A stretch of 42,501 nt of DNA from an uncultured delta proteobacterium (GTDB taxonomy: Bacteria > Myxococcota > Myxococcia > Myxococcales > Myxococcaceae). The notes beneath the pieces were generated by a model that made no database searches, had not been told where the DNA came from, and saw nothing but the letters and a program-made list of their open reading frames with translations. Where the stretch lies: positions 1-42,501 of the forward strand of contig CAVYSY010000029.1 in assembly GCA_963771175.1 (NCBI GenBank), given 5' to 3'. How positions within the stretch are numbered: position 1 is the first letter of the stretch; every line of letters starts with the position of its first letter. Positions 21,587 through 30,518 of the stretch are shown one piece after another. The position numbers were made by a program, and so were the translations under genes.

Positions 21587-21993
21587 ATCTGCTGCAGCGA
21601 ACATTGCTCGGATTCATCGACGAGCGGATCGCCTCGCTGCTCCGTGTTCCCGCGATGTGGGGCTCGGACGAGAGCGTCGAGTTGCAGATCCTGCAGCTGT
21701 TGGAGCTTCGCCTGCTCACCCTGAGCCCATCCTTGAAGGATGAGGTGGCCAGGGTTCAGCAGGACTATGTCCGGTATGTCCGCGAGAAGTTTCCGGATGA
21801 GCCGCCCGAGCCGCTATCCGCATTGCTGGCGAGACACCAGCGCAGTGCGGACCTGTCGGACATGCTCCGGGAGTTCGTCGAGGCGGAACACAAGAGAGCT
21901 CGGGAGGCTGTCGAACGATTTCCCATGGGCCGGCGGTTGCTCGATGATGTACCCGGTCAGAAGCGACCCCCTCGTCACTACGAGCTGAGCTGA
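21583..21993 (+). CDS. Hypothetical helical protein (136 aa), candidate immunity/antitoxin
   Basis: ATG at 21583 overlaps the upstream TGA; MNLLQRTLLGFIDERIASLLRVPAMWG; its stop overlaps the next start (TGATG). Confidence 0.7.
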   Translation: MNLLQRTLLGFIDERIASLLRVPAMWGSDESVELQILQLLELRLLTLSPSLKDEVARVQQDYVRYVREKFPDEPPEPLSALLARHQRSADLSDMLREFVEAEHKRAREAVERFPMGRRLLDDVPGQKRPPRHYELS

Positions 21994-22395
21994 TGTACGC
22001 GACCGCACATCGGGTTTCCCGAAATGGACAAACGGGCGTCAACGCCTTCCTGTACCTGCATGGTCAGGACTTTCCCTGGCCCGAGGACGCCTCATTACTC
22101 CCGGAGCAGACACCTGGAACGCTCACCGAGCGTCAGTCCATTCTCGATTCCGCCGGGTCAGAATCCAGTCCATTCCTTCCTGGATGTGGTCGCTCCAGAT
22201 GGAACGCCTCGGGATGTGCTGCTCGAGGCCCTGAGGATGTTCCGCCAGGACATCTCCGAGCGAAGCAATCCAGCCGTCCTCACCTTCGGTCGGGTCACCG
22301 TCCGCTTTGGGGTGAGGATAGCCCTCGAGCCGGAGCGTCACTCGGAGTTCGACCTGCTGCTCACAGCTGTTGGGCAGGTCCTTCCTTCTCCTTGA
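21993..22395 (+). CDS. Hypothetical protein (~133 aa); +1 frameshift near 22145 as sequenced
   Basis: MYATAHRVSRNGQTGVNAFLYLHG... joins ORF 22024..22395 (IPPGQNPVHSFLDVVAPDG...) after removing one C. Confidence 0.65.
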
Positions 22396-22503
22396 TTCCT
22401 GGTGGGAGACGAGGCCTGGGTTCCGCCGGAGGCCCGCCTCTAGAGCACACGGGGGAGCGTCCATGCCTGCTCCACGTTCGAGCCCCTAGCTTGAGGGGTG
22501 GCG

Positions 22504-23169
22504 ATGAAAGGCAGGTACACCGTGACGCACTCCGCAAGGCCGGGGCGTGGTGTCCTCGCTCTGCTCGCGGTGGTGCTCGTGCTGGGTATGGGCGCGCTCG
22601 TGGCGGCGGAGGTCACCGTCTCTGAGAGGGAGCTGATCCTGCTCCAGGTGGGCGAGCGCAGCCTCCAGGTCCGGATCGAACCCGAGCGCATCTCCGGTGG
22701 CGGCCTCCAACTGCGACGGACCCGCCAGGGCCTGAGCGGCACGCTGAAGGGTCAGCCGGTGGAGCTGCGCTGGGACGAGGGCGGCCACCTCACCGGCCGG
22801 GCGGTCGGCAATGACGTGAAGTTCGAGGTCACCCCCCTCTCGCCCCAACCCGGGCTGCGCATGGAGGGGTGGTTCGGAGAGGACACGGCCGAGCTCACGC
22901 TGACGCCCACGGCAATCACCGGCTCGGTGGGGGGGTGCGGCTACTCGCTGTCCCTGGCGGGCAACCGGTACTCGGGCTGGCGCACGTGCGACGTCACCCG
23001 CGGCCCGCCGCTCCCCGCGACGCTGCGGATTCCCGAGAACGTGATGCTGCTCGGGCCCGCCGAGGAAGGTGCCCTCCTGGCCCTCCTGCTCTCGGACGAG
23101 GCCCTCTCGCCGGCCTCCCCTGCGGCGGAGACGCCGGGCGTGGGCGGCGCGGGCACCCCATCTCCATAG
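22504..23169 (+). CDS. Exported hypothetical beta-rich protein
   Basis: Basic N-terminus and hydrophobic signal VLALLAVVLVLGMGALVAA; GAGGGG RBS; start could be GTG 22498. Confidence 0.75.
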   Translation: MKGRYTVTHSARPGRGVLALLAVVLVLGMGALVAAEVTVSERELILLQVGERSLQVRIEPERISGGGLQLRRTRQGLSGTLKGQPVELRWDEGGHLTGRAVGNDVKFEVTPLSPQPGLRMEGWFGEDTAELTLTPTAITGSVGGCGYSLSLAGNRYSGWRTCDVTRGPPLPATLRIPENVMLLGPAEEGALLALLLSDEALSPASPAAETPGVGGAGTPSP

Positions 23170-23196
23170 AGGGCAACGCAGAGACAGGAGGCTCCC

Positions 23197-23715
23197 ATGG
23201 CACGCAAGGCGTTGGCATGGCTCGCCGTGTTCGGGCTGGTGGGCCCGGCGGGCGCGCAGGAGGTGTTGGGCGGGGATTCCGGCAACGTCCAGGACGAGGC
23301 GCTCCAGGAGGACCTCCCGGACAACATGGACGCGTTCCGCCGGACGCCGCAGACGGACGACACCCCCGTCACGCCGGAGGCCGAGGAGGAGCCGGGCGTG
23401 GGCGGCTCCGGGATGGCCGGCACTGGCGAGGCGCAGCGGGGCGAGCTGGTGGGCGAGGTGGTGCGGGTACAGGGTGACCAGCTCTGGCTGAGGCACGCCG
23501 GGAGCGTCTTCCCGCTCGAGCTGACCGAGGACACGCGCTTCACCCCGGACTGCTCCCAGGCGCTGCGGCCGGGGCGGGAGGTACGGGCGCGCTTCACCCT
23601 GGAGGAGGGCGGTTACGTGGTGAATGCCCTGGAGCCCACGGAGCAGGCGCCGGCCCGGGAAAAGTCCTCCGGGCAGAAGCAGGGGGCGGAGCAGCCAGAA
23701 GCGCCGAAGCGGTGA
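23197..23715 (+). CDS. Exported acidic hypothetical protein with C-terminal OB-fold-like (DUF5666-like) domain
   Basis: Signal peptide ending AGA-Q; AGGAGG RBS; LVGEVVRVQGDQLWL...LTEDTRF...LRPGREVRARF. Confidence 0.75.
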   Translation: MARKALAWLAVFGLVGPAGAQEVLGGDSGNVQDEALQEDLPDNMDAFRRTPQTDDTPVTPEAEEEPGVGGSGMAGTGEAQRGELVGEVVRVQGDQLWLRHAGSVFPLELTEDTRFTPDCSQALRPGREVRARFTLEEGGYVVNALEPTEQAPAREKSSGQKQGAEQPEAPKR

Positions 23716-23974
23716 AGTGCGACCGGATTCGTGCACCCGGGCACCGGCTGGGGTTGAATGCCCCGCTTCCGTGAGGTGAGGGAAGCAATGGGTAACGGCA
23801 GCCAGGGAGCACGGGTCCGTGGGTCGGAAGGAGCCAGGGGTCGCGGGATGAGCCTCCCTTGGAGCTTATGAGGACACCCCGCGCCCCCCAGCGGTGCTGC
23901 GCCTGTCCTCATAGTACGCCTCACGTCCTGATTTCCAGGCACGACCCATCAAGGAACAACGCTTCGCGTCGACC

Positions 23975-25015
23975 ATGCTGATGCAGACCGAGCCCAGCGC
24001 CGTCTCCTTCTGCCGCGAGCTGTTGCCCGCGGTGTCTCGCACCTTCGCCCTGAACATCCCCGTGTTGCCGAGGCCATTGGATACGGCGGTGATGGTGGCC
24101 TACCTGCTGTGCCGGATCGCCGACACGCTGGAGGACGAGGTGCGGGGCCCGGCCTGCCCGGTGCTGCTGGCGGAGCTGGCGCGGCTGAGCACGCTGCCCG
24201 CGGGGTGGGAGGCCGATGCGAGGCGCTTCACTCAGGAAGCCGGGCGGGTGCTGCGCAAGGAGACGCCGGTGGCGGAGGCCCGGCTGGTGGAGGGCACGCC
24301 GTTGGTGCTGGAGGCGCTGGCGCTGCACGAGGCGCCGGTGCGCGAGAACGTGGCGGCGTGCGTGGCGACGATGGCGAAGGGGATGGGGAAGATGGGGGAC
24401 AAGGGCCGCGCGTCGGGAGGGGGCCTGGGGCTGGAGAGCCTCGAGGAGACGCTGGAGTACTGCTACTACGTGGCGGGGACGGTGGGGGAGATGCTGACGC
24501 GGCTGTTCCAGTGGTACTCGCCGGCGGTGGCGGAGCGGGCGGGGAAGCTGGAGGCGCGGGCGGTGGCCTTCGGCAACGCGCTGCAACTGACGAACATCCT
24601 CAAGGACGTGCGCGAGGACCTGGAGCGCGGGAGCTGCTGGCTGCCGAGGACAGTGTTGGCGGAGTACGGGCTGACCCCGGAGGCACTGCTGGAGCCCGGC
24701 AACCGGAGCGAGGCGATGAAAGCGCACGAGCGACTGGTGGCGGTGGCGCACCGGGAGCTGCGCAAGGCCTTCGAGTACACGCTGGCGCTGCCACGGGAGG
24801 AGCGGGGCATCCGGCTGTTCTGTCTGTGGCCGCTGTTCCTCGCGGTGATGACGCTGCGCAAGGTGTACGGGAACGAGGCGGTGCTGGAGTCCAAGCCGGT
24901 GAAGGTGTCGCGGCGCACGGTGAAGTGGGTGATGGGCTCGACGAAGCTGCTGGTGGCGCAGGACTCGGCCCTGAGGGCCATGTTCGCCGCGCTGACCTCC
25001 CCACTGCCCGCCTGA
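23975..25015 (+). CDS. Phytoene/squalene synthase family protein (squalene-synthase-like)
   Basis: [32 protein letters not shown] and [17 protein letters not shown] motifs. Confidence 0.92.
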   Translation: MLMQTEPSAVSFCRELLPAVSRTFALNIPVLPRPLDTAVMVAYLLCRIADTLEDEVRGPACPVLLAELARLSTLPAGWEADARRFTQEAGRVLRKETPVAEARLVEGTPLVLEALALHEAPVRENVAACVATMAKGMGKMGDKGRASGGGLGLESLEETLEYCYYVAGTVGEMLTRLFQWYSPAVAERAGKLEARAVAFGNALQLTNILKDVREDLERGSCWLPRTVLAEYGLTPEALLEPGNRSEAMKAHERLVAVAHRELRKAFEYTLALPREERGIRLFCLWPLFLAVMTLRKVYGNEAVLESKPVKVSRRTVKWVMGSTKLLVAQDSALRAMFAALTSPLPA

Positions 25016-25098
25016 GCGGAGGACCCGAGGGCCCTTCCGGTCGCGCGCCGCTCGAACTTGTCCACTAAGTGTACAGGTTGCGGAAAAGTGCCGCCGAC

Positions 25099-25146
25099 CC
25101 CCCGGGCTCGTTCTTCAAAAACCTGTCCGACTGTCGGACAGGTTTC
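25099..25146 (-). repeat. Second copy (inverted) of the 48-bp palindromic element
   Basis: Palindrome AAACCTGTCCGAC-T-GTCGGACAGGTTT at 25119-25145 plus the flank matching 16198-16217. Confidence 0.9.
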
Positions 25147-25372
25147 GCCAGACTGAACCCGGCGGCCTCCCTGGTTTCGGAGCGGATGCCCGCCCTCCGC
25201 GGCATTCAGCAACCTCGTGGGCCTGGCGCTCCATGACCTCTCCGAAGCGACCCATCATGGGGAGGCTCCCGCGCCAGCACCGCGGGAGAGTGGACGGCCG
25301 GATTGTGGAGAACTTGGGGACGGAGCAGGGCGGCTCGAAACGTCTTCGTGTAACCGATGGGCCCCGAGCCAC

Positions 25373-25381
25373 TTATCCACA
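25373..25381 (+). promoter_or_regulatory. Perfect DnaA box TTATCCACA 4 nt upstream of the msrB start
   Basis: Exact consensus 9-mer; near-matches at 25058 (TTGTCCACT), 25079 (TGCGGAAAA) and 25304 (TGTGGAGAA) in the same intergenic region. Confidence 0.55.
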
Positions 25382-25385
25382 AGAT

Positions 25386-25895
25386 ATGAGCCGAGGGAGA
25401 CGAGTCCGAAGCGGGGTGCTGCTGCTCCTGTCATTGCTGGCGCTTGGAGGCCTCGCCGCGGGAGGCGCGGAGCCCGAGCACTCGCACCAGGAGGGCACGA
25501 AGGTGTACGCGGTCCAGAAATCCGAGGCCGAGTGGAAGCAACAGCTCACCCCCGAGCAGTACAAGGTGCTGCGCCAGAAGGGCACCGAGCGGGCCTTCAC
25601 CGGCAAGTACTGGAACCTCCACGCCGCGGGCACCTACCACTGCGCGGCGTGTGGCCAGCCGTTGTTCAGCTCGGACGCCAGGTTCGACTCGGGGACGGGC
25701 TGGCCGAGCTTCTGGCAGCCCATCTCCTCCGACGCCGTGGACACCCATGAGGATCGGAGCGGGTTCATGGTGCGCACCGAGGTGGTGTGCGGCCGATGCG
25801 GCTCGCACCTCGGGCACGTCTTCGACGATGGCCCCCAGCCCACCGGGCTGCGCTACTGCATGAACTCGGTGGCGCTCGACTTCCGGCCCAGGTGA
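25386..25895 (+). CDS. msrB: Peptide-methionine (R)-S-oxide reductase with N-terminal signal peptide
   Basis: [45 protein letters not shown]; hydrophobic leader from ATG 25386. Confidence 0.95.
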   Translation: MSRGRRVRSGVLLLLSLLALGGLAAGGAEPEHSHQEGTKVYAVQKSEAEWKQQLTPEQYKVLRQKGTERAFTGKYWNLHAAGTYHCAACGQPLFSSDARFDSGTGWPSFWQPISSDAVDTHEDRSGFMVRTEVVCGRCGSHLGHVFDDGPQPTGLRYCMNSVALDFRPR

Positions 25896-25898
25896 GCC

Positions 25899-26498
25899 TC
25901 ACCCTCCGCGCTTGCGGAAGATGACGGTGAAGTTGTTGCTCGGCATGTCGACGACGCGGTCGGGCTCCAGCCCGTGGGCCCGGGCCTCGGCGGTGACGGC
26001 GCCCAATTCGCGCACGCCCCAGGCCGGGTTGCGCTCGCGCAGCGAGGCGTCGAAGGCGAGGTTGCTCGGCGCGGTGGGCCGGCCCTCGATGAAGTACGCG
26101 CCGTAGAGGATGAGCGGCCCACCGGGAGGCAGTACCCGGCCGGCGCCGCGCATCAATCCCTGACACGCCTCCCAGGGCGAGATGTGCACCATGTTGATGC
26201 AGACGATGGCGTCCGCCTCCTCCACGGGCCAGGTGGGGGCGCTGGCATCCAGCGGCAGGGGCGCGCGCAGGTTGGGCGGGCCCTCTTCCACGCGCCAGGC
26301 ATCGATGCTCTCCCGCGCGGTCGGATCCGCGTCGGTGGGTTGCCACACGAGCCCGGGGAAGGCGCGGGAGAAATAGATGGCGTGCTGGCCGGTGCCGCTG
26401 GCCACTTCGAGCACGGTGCCCTGCCGCGGCAGCACCTCGCGGAGGACGGAGAGGAGGGGCTCGCGGTTGCGCTCGGCGGACGGGGCGTGACGTTTCAT
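25899..26498 (-). CDS. DUF938 family SAM-dependent methyltransferase
   Basis: APSAERNREP, VLEVASGTGQH, WQPTD, INMVHISPW, SNLAFDASL, MPSNN. Confidence 0.92.
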   Translation of the reverse strand: MKRHAPSAERNREPLLSVLREVLPRQGTVLEVASGTGQHAIYFSRAFPGLVWQPTDADPTARESIDAWRVEEGPPNLRAPLPLDASAPTWPVEEADAIVCINMVHISPWEACQGLMRGAGRVLPPGGPLILYGAYFIEGRPTAPSNLAFDASLRERNPAWGVRELGAVTAEARAHGLEPDRVVDMPSNNFTVIFRKRGG

Positions 26499-26712
26499 GG
26501 GTGAGGGATCGGCGTGGAGCCACTCTCTACTTCCTGGCCATCGTCAGCACCACCTTCCCTCGCCCGTGCCCCGAGTCGAACTGGCCGAGTGTTTTCGGCA
26601 CGACGCACCAATCCCTCACACTGCGTCCACGGCAGGATTGACGCTCGCCCCCCGCTTCCACTGCACTGGAGGTGAAGAGCCCGGAGACTCGAGGTTTTGG
26701 AGGGGACACGGA

Positions 26713-28155
26713 ATGGCGTCGAATCTCGCGAGCGGAGTGACGGTGGGACCCATCGTGGGGCACACCACGGACACGACGGTGCGCCTGTGGGGGCGCGGAG
26801 ACCGTCAGCGGACCCCGGGCGGACCGAGGCGCTGCCACGGCGTGGCTCAAATCCTGGCGGTCGACTCGCACACCGTCCTGCAGGCGCGCTACTTCAAGCT
26901 GCTGCCCGAGGACGATTACACGGGCAGCGTGGACTTCACCGGGCTGCAGCCGGGCAGGCAGTACCGCTACCGGATGGGCTTCTTCCACTCGGACTCCGAG
27001 CCCTTCCACCTCCTGCCGCCCCAGGAGTTGGACCTGTCCTCCACCGGCACGGGCTCCTTCCGCACCGCGTCGCGTCCGGGTCCCGGGCCGCTGTCGTTCG
27101 TGTTCGGCTCGTGCCGGCACCCCTCGCCGCTGCACTCCGACGCGGACGAGCCGAGCGATCGCGGAGACCGCATCTTCCGCACCATCCTGTCCCAGGTGGA
27201 CCAGGGCGTGCGCACGGACGCCCTGCTGATGCTCGGAGATCAGCTCTACGCGGACGTGGGGCGGATGGATCGCACCTGGCCCGAGTACTGTGAGAACTAC
27301 CGTCGCATCTTCCGGCAGCCCGGGCTGCGCGGGCTCATGTCGCGCGTGCCGACGTACATGGTGCTGGACGACCATGAGATCTCCGACAACTGGAGCGCGG
27401 ATCGGATGTTCGACCCGAAGCTGTCGCAGGAGGAGCGGGTCGCCAACAAGGCGCGCTACTACGCGGCGATGATGGCCTACCGCTCCTACCAGATGGTGCA
27501 CGGGCCGGCGCTGGTGCGCGAGGGCGAGCCGGGCCGCACCAACCCACTCCAGCGCTACTGGTACACGTTCCAGCTCGGGCCGGCGCGCTTCTTCATCATG
27601 GACACGCGCACCGAGCGCTCCTACCTGACGGCGCCCCCGGAGATCATCAGCGCGCGGCAACTCGATGCCTTCAAGCAGTGGCTGGTGGAGGACCGGGAGG
27701 GGCTCAAGTTCGTGGGCTCACCGGTGCCCTTCTTCCCGGACGTGAGGCTGTCGGGCTTCATGGAGTGGGAGCGCAAGGACAAGTGGGCGGGTTTCCTCCT
27801 GCAGCGCCAGAAGCTGCTGGAGTTCATGCGGGACGAGAAGGTGAAGCGCGTGGTGTTCCTCTCGGGGGACGTGCACGTGTCCTTCTGGAGCGAGCTGCGC
27901 AGCACCTCGCGGCCGGACTTCCACGTGCTGTCGCTCGTGTCCTCGGCCTTCAACGCGCCCCTGTTCGTGCCGCCGCTCGACATCTTCGAGAAGGAGGGCA
28001 TCCTCGATGGGCAGGCGGACTTCGCGGTGAAGCGCAGCGGCGGCTATACGGCGAAGAGCAACTTCACCCGCGTCACCTGGACCGAGCCCGAGCTGCGCGT
28101 GGAGGTCTTCGAGCGCAAGGGAGAGAAGACGGCGGACACCCGCTTCACGCTGTGA
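26713..28155 (+). CDS. Alkaline phosphatase D (PhoD) family metallophosphatase
   Basis: FVFGSC, LMLGDQLYAD, LDDHEISDNW, MDTRTER, FLSGDVH; no signal peptide from ATG 26713. Confidence 0.9.
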   Translation: MASNLASGVTVGPIVGHTTDTTVRLWGRGDRQRTPGGPRRCHGVAQILAVDSHTVLQARYFKLLPEDDYTGSVDFTGLQPGRQYRYRMGFFHSDSEPFHLLPPQELDLSSTGTGSFRTASRPGPGPLSFVFGSCRHPSPLHSDADEPSDRGDRIFRTILSQVDQGVRTDALLMLGDQLYADVGRMDRTWPEYCENYRRIFRQPGLRGLMSRVPTYMVLDDHEISDNWSADRMFDPKLSQEERVANKARYYAAMMAYRSYQMVHGPALVREGEPGRTNPLQRYWYTFQLGPARFFIMDTRTERSYLTAPPEIISARQLDAFKQWLVEDREGLKFVGSPVPFFPDVRLSGFMEWERKDKWAGFLLQRQKLLEFMRDEKVKRVVFLSGDVHVSFWSELRSTSRPDFHVLSLVSSAFNAPLFVPPLDIFEKEGILDGQADFAVKRSGGYTAKSNFTRVTWTEPELRVEVFERKGEKTADTRFTL

Positions 28156-28227
28156 TTGCGGAAAGGATGGAATATTCGTTCCGGTGCCGCCTTGACCCTC
28201 GCGGGGAGCGGAGAGCAGGCTCGCGAC

Positions 28228-29697
28228 GTGCTTGCCTTTCTGCAGGGCCACCTCTCGCTGGTGGTGGGGATCGTCCTCGTGCTGGGGGTGCTCGGCGCGC
28301 GGGCGGCGAGCTCGGATGCGACGTTCCGCAGGGACCTGCGCGGGGCGCTCGTCTTCCTGGTGACGTTCCTCGTGCTGCGCCTGGTGGACAAGGAGTTCGG
28401 TCCACTCCTGCACGAGCGGGTGCTCCAGGGCCTGCGCGTGGCATGGATGCTCACCTTCGCCTTCGGTGGCATCCGCGTCGGCGTGTCCTTCGGCCTGTTC
28501 CTGCTGCGCCTGCGCTCCCGGACGCCGCTGCCGAAGATCCTCCGGGACGTCCTCGACTTCTCGCTCTACAGCATCGCCATCCTGCCCATCCTCAAGACGC
28601 AGCTCGACATCGACCTGACGAGCCTGGTGGCGACCTCGGCCATCCTCTCGGTGGTGCTCGGTATGGCGATGCAGGACACGCTGGGCAACCTCTTCGCCGG
28701 CCTGTCGCTGCAGCTCGAGCGCCCCTACCAGGTGGGGGACTGGGTCACCATCAAGGACGTCACCGGGCGCGTGGTGCAGATCGCCTGGCGCGCCACGCGC
28801 ATCGAGACGTTCCGCAAGGAGGTCGTCACCCTCCCCAACAACATCTGCTCGAAGGAGGCGGTGAAGAACTACTCGCGGGCCGGGCTGCCGGTGGCCGCGG
28901 ACATCTACTTCCACGCCCCGTACGACCGGGCACCCAACGAGGTGAAGGCCGCGGTGCTGGACATGCTGGAGCAGGTGCCGCTGGTGCTGCACGAGCCGCC
29001 GCCGCTGTGCCGCACGTGGGGCTTCGACGAGACGGGCATCCGCTACCAGATTCGCTACTACGTGGCGGACTTCGGGCAGGCGGACTGGGCGATGGAGGAG
29101 ATCTACACCCGGCTCTGGTACCGCCTCCGGCGCGAGGGTGTGGACCTGCCCTACCCGCAGCGCACGGTGCACATGCGCGAAGGCGTGCCGGCGTGCGAGT
29201 TCCCCGACGAGGTGGTGGTCGAGATGTTCCGGCGGGTGGACCTCTTCAAGGTGCTCAAGGAGGACGAGCACGCGCGGTTGCGGCGGGAGATGGTGCCCCG
29301 GCGCTTCGCGAAGGGCGAGCACGTCATCGAGCAGGGCGAGCCGGGCAAGACGTTCTACCTGGTGGGCTCGGGAGAGCTGTCGGTGCGCGCGGGTGGAGTG
29401 GAGGTGTCGCGGCTCACGCGGGGCCACTACTTCGGCGAGATGTCGCTGCTCACCGGCGAGCCGCGCTCGGCGACGGTGGTGGCGCTCACGGACGTGGTGT
29501 TGCTGGAGCTGGACCGTCCGGTGTTCGCCCGCCTCTTCGCGGAGCACCCCGAGCTGGCGCCGAAGCTGTCGGGGATGCTGGCCCACCGGCGCACGCAGTT
29601 GAACGCGGCGATGACGGCCTCGGGAGACACGTTGCCCGTCGCGACGGAAGAGGGCCACATCCTCGCCCGGCTCAAGAGCATCTTCCGGCTGGGCTGA
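28228..29697 (+). CDS. Small-conductance mechanosensitive channel (MscS family) fused to a cyclic-nucleotide-binding domain
   Basis: Several TM helices, AMQDTLGNLFAG...PYQVGDWV...WRATRI MscS core; IEQGEPG...YFGEMSLLTGEPRSATV CNBD. Start uncertain (28156 or GTG 28228). Confidence 0.92.
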   Translation: MLAFLQGHLSLVVGIVLVLGVLGARAASSDATFRRDLRGALVFLVTFLVLRLVDKEFGPLLHERVLQGLRVAWMLTFAFGGIRVGVSFGLFLLRLRSRTPLPKILRDVLDFSLYSIAILPILKTQLDIDLTSLVATSAILSVVLGMAMQDTLGNLFAGLSLQLERPYQVGDWVTIKDVTGRVVQIAWRATRIETFRKEVVTLPNNICSKEAVKNYSRAGLPVAADIYFHAPYDRAPNEVKAAVLDMLEQVPLVLHEPPPLCRTWGFDETGIRYQIRYYVADFGQADWAMEEIYTRLWYRLRREGVDLPYPQRTVHMREGVPACEFPDEVVVEMFRRVDLFKVLKEDEHARLRREMVPRRFAKGEHVIEQGEPGKTFYLVGSGELSVRAGGVEVSRLTRGHYFGEMSLLTGEPRSATVVALTDVVLLELDRPVFARLFAEHPELAPKLSGMLAHRRTQLNAAMTASGDTLPVATEEGHILARLKSIFRLG

Positions 29698-29712
29698 GGC
29701 TCGTGCGCGGGA

Positions 29713-30421
29713 CTACTCGTACTCGATCTGGGAGCCGCCCGTGGCGCTCACCTGGATGCTCTCGGGCTTGCTGAAGGACTTCACCGTGGAGCCTCCGGAC
29801 AGCGAGCCCTGGATGCTCCGCTCGGGCGAGGCCTCGACGCGGGTGCCGCCGCTGGCCGACAGCTTCAGCGACCCGGCCTGGACCTTCCGGGCCTCGATGA
29901 CCGAGCCCCCGCTGCCCTGGATGTTCATCTCCGCCGTGCGGCCCTTCAGCGTCAGCTCGGAGCCGCCGCTGGCCGTCACCTCGAGCTCCTTCGAGTCCAC
30001 GCCCGTGACGTTGAGCTCGCGAGCCGCCGCTGGCCGCCACCTCGAAGGTGTTGGCCGCCGTGGCCTCCGCCTCGATGTGGGAGCCGCCGCTGCCCGCCAC
30101 GCTCTCCACGCGCGGGTTGGTGACGTAGAGGCGCACGTTCTTGAGCCCCTTGGAGAACAGCGCGAACACACCCTCGCTCTTCTCCACCCGCGTCGTCAGC
30201 ACGCCGTCCTTCACCTCGAGCTTCACCCGGGCCAGGTCGTCCTCGCTGCCCTCCAGGCGCACCGACTTGGGGCCCGGCTTCACCTCGGCGTGGATGCCGT
30301 TGCTCACCGCCACGCCTCGGAAGTCGGGGACCTCACGCTGTCCTCCCCTGGCGGTGTCCTGCGCGAGGGCCGGGGCGGAGACCAGGAGGGCGACGGGGAG
30401 CACCAGGGAGCGCAGCAGCAT
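29713..30421 (-). CDS. Exported head GIN-domain (DUF2807) protein; +1 frameshift near 30020 as sequenced
   Basis: Signal peptide ...APALA-Q; repeated SGGS beta-helix units across ORFs 29672..30451 and 29713..30171. Confidence 0.88.
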
Positions 30422-30518
30422 GATTCGGACCTCGGGAGAAGGGAGGCACAAGGCCTCGGTCAGCCCGGGATACGCACCGCCGCCGGAGTGATTGCACCCG
30501 GGCCGGTCGCGGGGCCGC

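Noticed and set aside
21851..21862. Partial palindrome matches inside genes (acctgtcggaca at 21851, acctgtccga near 39543)
   Set aside because: Short, coding (Asp-Leu-Ser codons) and lacking the full dyad or tail.
16170..25146. Composite transposon defined by the two inverted 48-bp elements
   Set aside because: No transposase or target-site duplication seen, and the enclosed DNA includes the probable origin and native genes.
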